NCBI GenBank assembly: GCA_963578725.1
Contig: CAUZDS010000010.1
Location: 15,686-79,685 of the forward strand
From: Vicinamibacteria bacterium
GTDB lineage: Bacteria > Acidobacteriota > Vicinamibacteria > Vicinamibacterales > UBA8438
Length of the DNA: 64,000 nt
Reading direction: 5' to 3'
Numbering within the stretch: position 1 is the first letter of the stretch; each line of letters begins with the position of its first letter. The notes beneath the pieces are model-generated. The model did no database searches and was not told where the DNA came from. It saw only the letters and a list, made by a program, of their open reading frames with translations. This document shows positions 57,281 through 64,000 of the stretch, in pieces. Made by a program: the position numbers and the translations under genes.

Positions 57281-58312
57281 TCACTCCATGACCAGCAAGG
57301 GTCGAAACACACGGCGAGCCTCGAGATCTTCGAGGGCCTCGTTTACGTGAGCGAGGTCGTACCGATCCGTCAGCAATCGTTCGAGCGGCAGCTGGCCCCT
57401 GCGGTATAGCTCGGCCAGTCTCGGAATGTCCCGATCCGGTTTGCTGTCACCGCCCCAGGTGCCGGCGATGCGCTTGCCTGAAATGAGGTCGTGGGGATCT
57501 AGACAGACCTTCCGGCCAGCTTCCGGGTGGGATGCGAAGAGACACCGGCCGCCGTGCTGACGGACAGCGGCAAAGGCCTGCTCGATGGTGTCCGTCGATC
57601 CGCCCGCCTCTACGCTGTAATCGACACCACGGTCTGCGGTGAGGTCACGCACCGCCTGGAGGGGATCGCAGCTCATCGCGTTGATGGTGTGCGTGGCCCC
57701 GAACGCCCGTGCAGTCTCCAGCTTGTCTTCCGCCACGTCGACGGCGATGATTTGGCGGCAGTCGAACAGCCGGCACGCCATGAGCGCGCTTAGCCCGATC
57801 GCTCCCAAGCCGAAGACCGCTACGCTGCTCCCAGGGTCAGGACTGAGTTCATTTAACACCATCCCCGCGCCGGTTGGAAGAGCGCATCCGAAAAGCACGG
57901 CTACGTCCAGCGGCAGACCCTCGGGCACCCGAACGACCCGGTTTTCCGCCACGATCGCATGTGTGCTGAACGTGTTCACTGGACCCGCATTGATCGTGCG
58001 GTTTCCCTTGAGAAAACGTGAACCGCCAGCGTCGAGCCCTGTGCTGTGAATCCACGTGAGAATGACGGAATCGCCTGGAGCCACCTTTGTGACGCTCTCG
58101 CCCACCTCGAGCACTCTCCCGGAACCTTCGTGGCCGAGCAGATGTGGTAGCCAGCGATCAACCCCGCGTGCGCCGCGAACCTCCATCAACTGGCTGCGGC
58201 ACACGCCACTGAAGGCGATCTCGACGAGGACCTGTGCGGGTACGAGGTCCGGAATGTCGAGGTCCTCTATGCGCAGCGGGCTCCCCGCTTCGTAGAGGAC
58301 TGCGGCCCGCAT
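57281..58312 (-). CDS. Zinc-dependent medium-chain alcohol dehydrogenase
   Basis: From ATG 58312 (MRAAVLYEAGSPLRIEDL). GHEGSGRVLEVG zinc-ligand motif and GLGAIGLS Rossmann motif. Confidence 0.9.
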   Translation of the reverse strand: MRAAVLYEAGSPLRIEDLDIPDLVPAQVLVEIAFSGVCRSQLMEVRGARGVDRWLPHLLGHEGSGRVLEVGESVTKVAPGDSVILTWIHSTGLDAGGSRFLKGNRTINAGPVNTFSTHAIVAENRVVRVPEGLPLDVAVLFGCALPTGAGMVLNELSPDPGSSVAVFGLGAIGLSALMACRLFDCRQIIAVDVAEDKLETARAFGATHTINAMSCDPLQAVRDLTADRGVDYSVEAGGSTDTIEQAFAAVRQHGGRCLFASHPEAGRKVCLDPHDLISGKRIAGTWGGDSKPDRDIPRLAELYRRGQLPLERLLTDRYDLAHVNEALEDLEARRVFRPLLVME

Positions 58313-58427
58313 CCGACTGGGCCGTCGCGGGCTCGATGTGGGTTGCGTCACAGCGGTGACCGTGGCTGCGAGTGACGGACGCTGTGGCAGATCTGGCACG
58401 ATCGTTCGACGCCGACGGTGAAGCCCC

Positions 58428-58922
58428 TCACACAGGCTCGATAAGGACTGTTACTGAAGACGTCGGCCCTTTGCTAAGAGCGCACCATAGGTGAAGGGCG
58501 TGGAGGGTGATCTCCGTCAGGGCGAATCTCCGGCCCAACTGCTGCGAAAAGGCGGTGCCGGCCGACAGTTCGTCGAGGGCAAAGGCACCCAGATCCTGAC
58601 CTTCACGAAGCACCAAACCGTCGATCGAAGCCTCTCTTCGTCCGCTGTAACCGATGATCGTGGATCGTCCACCGCGGGCCCTGAACGAGCCGAGGCGGTG
58701 CAGCACCGCCGGCGCCCACTCCAGTTCCTCCAGCAGCTCTCGCCGCAGCCCCTCGTCCGGAGCTTCTTCGTCCTTGAGGTGTCCGCCGAAGAACCCCCAC
58801 TCACCAGGCTCTGAGATTCCGGCTCGGAAGTCACGAAGCTGCAGGAGGAGGCGGTTCCCGCACCACAGCACGGCCACGGCGATTCGCTCGTCCGCGGTCA
58901 CCGCGCTTCGGCGTCGACCCAT
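58428..58922 (-). CDS. NUDIX hydrolase
   Basis: From ATG 58922. Nudix box GGHLKDEEAPDEGLRRELLEELEW. Confidence 0.8.
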   Translation of the reverse strand: MGRRRSAVTADERIAVAVLWCGNRLLLQLRDFRAGISEPGEWGFFGGHLKDEEAPDEGLRRELLEELEWAPAVLHRLGSFRARGGRSTIIGYSGRREASIDGLVLREGQDLGAFALDELSAGTAFSQQLGRRFALTEITLHALHLWCALSKGPTSSVTVLIEPV

Positions 58923-59102
58923 GGGGGCCGAGCAGCCCGTGTTGAAACCCTGGGTCGCACCTAGACGCCTGGTGCGCAGTGCAGCGCATGGCCAGTACAG
59001 GGCGCGACGAAGGAGCACACCAGTCGGTATTCGACTGAGAAACAACCTAGACGGACGGGATGCGGCGGCCGTCGAACGCAGCGGGGCCTTCGCCACGGGC
59101 TG

Positions 59103-60914
59103 CTAGACACCGGCTCCTCCCCTGCCCTTGTTCTCTTTGGCGTTGGGTCGAAAGCCGCCAACCAGCATCTCAGCATCCAGGAGATCTGGGTCCAGAGAGG
59201 GCAACTGGTCCTCGAGTGGTGAGCCGTACTTGACCACAGGATAGAGCTTCTGGTCCGGATGGATTTCCACATTACACAATATCGGTCCGGGCCGTCCGTA
59301 CACGTCTTTCAACTGGGCCGCCATCGACGCCGGATCGTCGATCGTCACAACATCGAAGCCCATGGCCGTTCCCACTTTCACGAAATCCGAGAAGGCCAAA
59401 CCCGACTCTGGATGGACCCCCGCGTAGCGTCCGCCCAGCCAGGTCTGGAGGGTCTGCTTCTGAATTCCGTGGCCGTGGTTGTTGAACAGCATGACGCGAA
59501 TCGGCAAGCGATGGTGCTGGACCGTCGCGAGCTCACCCAAGCACAGCATCAGTCCTCCGTCGCCGATGATACAGGTCACGCCGCCTGGGGCCGCGAACGC
59601 GGCACCGATCGCGGCTGGCAGCGCGTATCCCATCGGGGTGTTATTCCATGCGGAGAACACCGTCTGGTTGCACTTAGGCCGAAGCCCGTTACACGTCCAG
59701 GTCAGATTGCCGCCGGTGTCCACCACGATCGTCTCGTCGTCTGGCAACTGGCACGACAGCGCCTCCACGAAGCTGTACGCCTCCACGCAGCGCCGGTCAG
59801 GAGCGCACCCGACCGTTCCCTCGAGCGGGAACCGCTTCCGCCAGTGCGACGTCTTTGCCAGCCATGGCGACAGGTCCCCCAGTTTGCGGTCATAGAGCCG
59901 CGAGCGTAGCAGTGTCAGAAATTCCGCCGCTCGGCTTTCGATCCGCAGCGCCACGGTGATGCCGCGGCCGTCGAACTTGTCCAGTTCCGCCCGATCGACG
60001 TCCACCATCGCGATGGTCGCTTCCCGCGCGAAAGCGTTCAGGAGGCCACCGGTCACGTTCTGAGAGAGCCTGGTCCCGATCGCCAGGACTAGATCCGCAT
60101 TCTGAACCGTCAAGTTGCCGAATCGCGGACCGTACACCCCCAACGTGCCGACGCGAAGCGGATGATCGACTGGAAGCAAGTCGATGGCAGCCCACGTCAG
60201 CAGGACCGGCACACCGACGTGCTCCACGAAGTCCAGAAGAGCGGTGTGGGACACGGGCGGTGTCTTGAGCCCGCCACCCAGGATTAGCACCGGCCGGCGA
60301 GCTTGGTGCAGAAGCTCCACTAGACGGTCGATGTCCCCGGTCTGGTCGTCGTGGGACGTCTGCGTTGGCCGGAACCCCTCCATCGTTTCCGGGTTCACCT
60401 CTGCTCGCTGGAGGTCATCCGGTAGGTCCACGAGCACGGGGCCGGGCCGGCCATTGAACGCAAGATGGTAGGCCTTTTCCATGTGGTACCGGATCCGAGC
60501 GGGTTCCCGTACCGACGCCACATATTTGGTCACGGACTGGAAGATCGATCGGACATCCGTCTCCTGGAAGCCGACTTGTCGCACCTGTCGGTCTCCCTTT
60601 AGACGGAAGGTGGCGACCTGACCCGTCAGCATAAAGGTCGGTATCGAATCGTAGTACGAGCAACAGACACCCGTGAGGAGATTGGTCGCGCCCGGGCCAC
60701 TGGTTGTGATGGCGGCGCCGATCCGCCCGGTGACGCGGGCGTAGCCGTCGGCGGCCACCGCGGCGGACTGTTCGTGCTGCGGGCAGACATAGGCTGTTCG
60801 TGGATGCCGGGCGACGGCATCGAACAGATGCACCGCGGCGCCGCCGGAGATACCGAAAAAGTGCGTCACCTCTCGTTGGGCCAGGAAGTCGATGACGTAC
60901 TCACTCAGTTTCAT
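59103..60914 (-). CDS. Thiamine-diphosphate enzyme of the acetolactate-synthase/YerE type
   Basis: 603 aa, three-domain ALS-like layout. N-terminal FFGISGGA...TSGPGATNL and C-terminal ThDP motif IIGDGGLMLCLGELATV...NN. Confidence 0.9.
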   Translation of the reverse strand: MKLSEYVIDFLAQREVTHFFGISGGAAVHLFDAVARHPRTAYVCPQHEQSAAVAADGYARVTGRIGAAITTSGPGATNLLTGVCCSYYDSIPTFMLTGQVATFRLKGDRQVRQVGFQETDVRSIFQSVTKYVASVREPARIRYHMEKAYHLAFNGRPGPVLVDLPDDLQRAEVNPETMEGFRPTQTSHDDQTGDIDRLVELLHQARRPVLILGGGLKTPPVSHTALLDFVEHVGVPVLLTWAAIDLLPVDHPLRVGTLGVYGPRFGNLTVQNADLVLAIGTRLSQNVTGGLLNAFAREATIAMVDVDRAELDKFDGRGITVALRIESRAAEFLTLLRSRLYDRKLGDLSPWLAKTSHWRKRFPLEGTVGCAPDRRCVEAYSFVEALSCQLPDDETIVVDTGGNLTWTCNGLRPKCNQTVFSAWNNTPMGYALPAAIGAAFAAPGGVTCIIGDGGLMLCLGELATVQHHRLPIRVMLFNNHGHGIQKQTLQTWLGGRYAGVHPESGLAFSDFVKVGTAMGFDVVTIDDPASMAAQLKDVYGRPGPILCNVEIHPDQKLYPVVKYGSPLEDQLPSLDPDLLDAEMLVGGFRPNAKENKGRGGAGV

Positions 60915-60945
60915 TGGTAGTCACGAGCCTCTGGAGCGGATGGTC

Positions 60946-61824
60946 TCAGGACCAGGGCCCCGCGTCCCGCCGGGTGATGAACAAGCTTCCATCACGATAG
61001 CTTGTGGGCATATCCGAGGATCGCCGCACAGCGGTCCATCCGTTACGCTGTGCATGCAGGTTCAGCTTCAGTTCGGTACAGTGTTGGAAGATCTGCTCGG
61101 CATTTTCACGCGTGCCCACTTCCAAGACCATGTCGGTCAGCTCCCAATCCTCTGCAGCCGTCGCGCACACGATCTGGCTTTCATGACCCTCGACGTCCAG
61201 CTTGACGAGATCCGCCCACGTCATGAGCGGTCGAATAGACGCGACCTTCACGAGAAAACGCTCCAGCTTGCCGTATGGCCGACCCTTCGAACCGGCAAGA
61301 TGGCTGCTGGTCGTATTACCTATGACACGGATGAACTCCTCCTCGCCGTCTCGGTCTGACACGGCAGCGCTGATTGCCCTGGTGCGAGAGCATGCATTTG
61401 CAGCCAGGTTTTCGCCAAGTAGCCGAAAGTGTTCGGGATCCGGCTCATAGGACTGCACCTCGTAGCCGCAACGATTCAACACGATCGAGTGGAGGCCCAG
61501 ATTCGCTCCGGCGTCGAGCACGCGGCGATACCGATCGCGGTTCGACCAGTAGAAGGCGAACAGGATCAGTTCGTCCAGGCCGAATAGATCAACCGAGTCG
61601 ATCGCTCCCATTCGGTGGTACGGGAACGCCAATCCGCCGAATGGCTCGAGCCGCTGCGGACGGTCGGCATCAGGGCCGAACCTGGCGAGCACCTGCTCCC
61701 CTGCGACCAGAGCGAGGAACTCGTATATCGGAGACATGGGAGCGTGAAACGGCGTCAGCGCCGGGAGCGCCTCGATGAGTCGATCGAGCGACGACGACAC
61801 CGATGTCACACTTCCGGTCGCCAT
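60946..61824 (-). CDS. FkbM-family methyltransferase
   Basis: From ATG 61824. VLDAGANLGLHSIVL and ADLVKLDVEGHE motifs. Confidence 0.85.
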   Translation of the reverse strand: MATGSVTSVSSSLDRLIEALPALTPFHAPMSPIYEFLALVAGEQVLARFGPDADRPQRLEPFGGLAFPYHRMGAIDSVDLFGLDELILFAFYWSNRDRYRRVLDAGANLGLHSIVLNRCGYEVQSYEPDPEHFRLLGENLAANACSRTRAISAAVSDRDGEEEFIRVIGNTTSSHLAGSKGRPYGKLERFLVKVASIRPLMTWADLVKLDVEGHESQIVCATAAEDWELTDMVLEVGTRENAEQIFQHCTELKLNLHAQRNGWTAVRRSSDMPTSYRDGSLFITRRDAGPWS

Positions 61825-62630
61825 GCGTTGCCACACCTCCTGAGCTTGTACAAATCTCGGTCGGCCAGAAGCGCCGCCGTCAGCGACGGGGTGCCCCACG
61901 CATCGTGGGCCACGCTGAAGTTCCGGCCGCCGACCACGTTTCGATCGGCCGAGAGGACCCAGTCGCAACAAGCGATCACACGTGTTAGTTGCGTCCAACT
62001 GGACGCGTCCTTCCCTTTGAGCTTGCTGATCGTCACGTCATAGGCGGCACCAGCCCGCTGGCCAGCTCTTATGGTTTCATCATGGATCTTGGTCCTCACC
62101 CAGCCTGGGCCGACGGTGACGAAACGCACATCGGGCACCTCGGCATCGAGAAGCTCCATCATCTTGGTCTGGGCGATTTTCGAGATGGTATACGCCGACA
62201 GCGCCGTTGGAGCGCTGTTCGTGCCGCTTCCCGCCCAAGCGATCACGCACGGGCCCTTCACCGCCTCACGATTTCTCGAGGGCAGCAGCGCGTGAATACA
62301 TCGCATCTGCGCGACGAAGTTCCGGTTCAGTGATTCCGCCCACGCGTCGAAGTCGACGTCGGTAAACTCACCGATCGGCTCGAGTGTGGCAGGGCATACA
62401 ACGAGCGCATCCCACGGCCCTGCGAGCTCTGCCAGCCGTGCGCACGCCGCCTTCACGGACGCCTGGACATCGAGGTCGCAATGGATCAACGAGACCCCGC
62501 GGTCCTGCAGCGCGACCGTCTTCGGTGACGACGTGCGATAGGTGCCCACGACGGCGTCACCTCGTCCGGCCCAGTGTGCCGCCAGGGCGTGACCGATGTC
62601 GCTCGACGCCGATATGACGGCAATCTTCAC
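61806..62630 (-). CDS. SDR-like NAD(P)-dependent oxidoreductase
   Basis: 274 aa. Atypical cofactor motif ISASSDIG and catalytic YTISK. Confidence 0.75.
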   Translation of the reverse strand: MKIAVISASSDIGHALAAHWAGRGDAVVGTYRTSSPKTVALQDRGVSLIHCDLDVQASVKAACARLAELAGPWDALVVCPATLEPIGEFTDVDFDAWAESLNRNFVAQMRCIHALLPSRNREAVKGPCVIAWAGSGTNSAPTALSAYTISKIAQTKMMELLDAEVPDVRFVTVGPGWVRTKIHDETIRAGQRAGAAYDVTISKLKGKDASSWTQLTRVIACCDWVLSADRNVVGGRNFSVAHDAWGTPSLTAALLADRDLYKLRRCGNAWRPEV

Positions 62631-62633
62631 AGG

Positions 62634-63728
62634 TTAGAAGGGGCCGGTAAACCAGTCGCCCGGAACGTCCGGTTGGTGGGTACGCAGCGCGGTGGTGTCC
62701 GCCACCAGCTCCCGCCCGAGGAGCCGGCCGACTTCCAGGATGATGTCGTCCGAGGTCGGATAGTACACCTGCGCCAGCGCGGGGCTGGTCGGCGACGGCG
62801 TGTCGGGAGGCGCCAACTGGCGCGGGGCACACCGTAGCGCGCTAAAGCGATTCCTGGCCACGCTGGCCACGATCTCGCTGGCGACCGAACATGTCGGATT
62901 CGCGGTGTCGACGACGAGCAGCCGGCCCGTCTTCGTCACTGACGCGTAGACGGCGTCCCAGTCTAGCGGGCGCACACTGCGCAGATCCAGAACGTCGCAG
63001 CTGACGTGCTGTTTCTCGAGAGACTCGATCGCGTGGAGCACCTCGACCGTCATATACGACAACGACACGATCGTCGCGTCACACCCCTCCCGAACGCGCC
63101 GCGCCACGCCGAGCGGGACCCGTTCGTCTCCCGGCGGTACCTCGCCTCGCAGACTGTGCAGCCACCGGTGCTCGAGGAACACCACCGGATCGGGATCGAA
63201 GATCGCCGATAGCAGCAACCCCTTGGCGTCGGCCGGCGTCGTGGGCATGACGACCTTCAAGCCGGGAATGTGCGCCAACCACGCCTGCAGATTCTGGGCG
63301 TGCGTCGGGCCCTGTCCCCACCCGCGGCCGAGAATCAGGCGGATGGTGATCGGAACGGACGCCTGTCCCCCGAACATATAGCGCCATTTGGCGGCATTGT
63401 TGACGAGCTGATCCATCGCCAAGAGAAAGAAGTCGAGGCGCTGATGCGTCATGACCGGGCGGATGCCGTTCAAGGACGCGCCGATGGCGACGCCCGTCAT
63501 CGCGTTCTCTGACGTCGGCATGTCGAACACTCGCGCCGGGCCAAACCGTTCCCGCAGACCGACCGTGGTGCCAAATATACCCTTGGGATCATCAGTGCCG
63601 AGGCCGTAGCAGATGACGTTGGAATCCAGCTCCATGGCGATGTCCAGCGCGTCCCTGACGGCATCTACGAACGTTACCTCCCGAGTTGCCGCGGGCGACG
63701 CCGTCGGCATCGAACTTTCACTGGCCAT
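62634..63728 (-). CDS. 2-oxoacid dehydrogenase E1 component, beta subunit-like (transketolase-like pyrimidine-binding)
   Basis: 364 aa. VFDMPTSENAMTGVAIGASLNGIRPV and a C-terminal transketolase-C fold. No E2/E3 genes nearby in the window. Confidence 0.9.
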   Translation of the reverse strand: MASESSMPTASPAATREVTFVDAVRDALDIAMELDSNVICYGLGTDDPKGIFGTTVGLRERFGPARVFDMPTSENAMTGVAIGASLNGIRPVMTHQRLDFFLLAMDQLVNNAAKWRYMFGGQASVPITIRLILGRGWGQGPTHAQNLQAWLAHIPGLKVVMPTTPADAKGLLLSAIFDPDPVVFLEHRWLHSLRGEVPPGDERVPLGVARRVREGCDATIVSLSYMTVEVLHAIESLEKQHVSCDVLDLRSVRPLDWDAVYASVTKTGRLLVVDTANPTCSVASEIVASVARNRFSALRCAPRQLAPPDTPSPTSPALAQVYYPTSDDIILEVGRLLGRELVADTTALRTHQPDVPGDWFTGPF

Positions 63729-63731
63729 CGC

Positions 63732-64000
63732 TCAATTCTTCGCGGACATACTTTCGGACGAACTGATGTGTTCAAACAGTTCCTCGGGTGACGGGAACAT
63801 CGAGTTCTCGGCGAACGCAAAGGCATCGTCGATTTCCGCGCGGATGTTCGCGTCCATATCCTCGAGTAGATTGCTGGGGGCGGCGCGCCCGTCGAAAAGC
63901 GCCGTCGTCAGACGGGGAATCGGATCGCGCCCTTTCCACTCCAGATACTCCGCGTCCGTCCGATAGCCGAGGTCGTTATCGAAGTTGGGCCCGCAGTGCT
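63732..64000 (-). CDS. 2-oxoacid dehydrogenase E1 component, alpha subunit-like (3' end only; gene continues beyond window)
   Basis: My reverse translation reads ...HCGPNFDNDLGYRTDAEYLEWKGRDPIPRLTTALFDGRAAPSNLLEDMDANIRAEIDDAFAFAENSMFPSPEELFEHI...* with TGA at 63734-63732. The pattern YR...E...W...DPI..L matches E1-alpha C-termini. Not in the ORF track (open at the window edge). Confidence 0.75.
   Translation of the reverse strand, partial: HCGPNFDNDLGYRTDAEYLEWKGRDPIPRLTTALFDGRAAPSNLLEDMDANIRAEIDDAFAFAENSMFPSPEELFEHISSSESMSAKN

Noticed and set aside
52996-60914. Phosphonate (Fom3/AEP-type) pathway hypothesis, based on B12-radical SAM, cytidylyl/nucleotidyltransferases, a ThDP enzyme and an ADH
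   Set aside because: No PEP mutase (isocitrate-lyase-fold) gene is present in the window. The ThDP enzyme is a full three-domain 603-aa ALS-like protein rather than a short phosphonopyruvate decarboxylase. This should be revisited if a ppm gene lies beyond position 64000.
1-64000. Search for CRISPR arrays, rRNA/tRNA genes, transposases, integrases, phage genes, toxin-antitoxin pairs or known defence-system hallmarks
   Set aside because: No direct-repeat/spacer periodicity was seen. No tRNA-like cloverleaf was seen in any intergenic gap over 100 bp. No DDE, tyrosine- or serine-recombinase, reverse-transcriptase or nuclease/ATPase defence-type motifs appear in the translations.

Overview
This is a high-GC bacterial chromosomal fragment. 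I found no rRNA, tRNA, CRISPR array, transposase or integrase. The phylum cannot be fixed from sequence alone. The gene content (UPF0182, DUF4159, ClpS/ClpA, secreted M1 peptidase, DsbD) fits a soil diderm-type or actinobacteria-like lineage. Positions 1-21.8 kb are ordinary housekeeping genes: lipid kinase, DsbD-like oxidoreductase, M1 aminopeptidase, aminotransferase, ACT protein, ClpS-ClpA, MBL hydrolase, HIBADH-type reductase, DUF4159, amidohydrolase, UPF0182, peroxiredoxin and a zinc-ribbon protein. From about 22.0 kb to the window end (and beyond) lies a very large surface-polysaccharide locus. It starts with Wzz-like, GmhB, an O-antigen-ligase-like protein and a DegT aminotransferase. 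A 36.6-kb block of 34 predicted co-directional minus-strand genes follows (27398-64000), many with overlapping stop and start codons. The block encodes Wzx/Wzy-type export, a priming phosphoglycosyl transferase, a heptose-nucleotide pathway with a domain-permuted HldE, six SAM methyltransferases, a B12-radical SAM enzyme and a 2OG-oxygenase-like protein. It also encodes three separate thiamine-diphosphate enzyme systems: a split transketolase, an ALS/YerE-like enzyme and an E1 alpha/beta pair. The most notable part is a four-gene module at 31693-37313. It contains a PEP-utilizing-type kinase fused to a nucleotidyltransferase-like domain, a peptidase-C26 amidohydrolase, a LicC-like cytidylyltransferase and a TagF-like transferase. 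This matches the enzyme logic of the Campylobacter jejuni O-methyl-phosphoramidate pathway (Cj1418/1417/1416). A roughly 100-nt intergenic element occurs twice (7558-7656 and 31445-31541) with covarying hairpin positions. All functional calls come from motifs read in the translations. No database search was possible.
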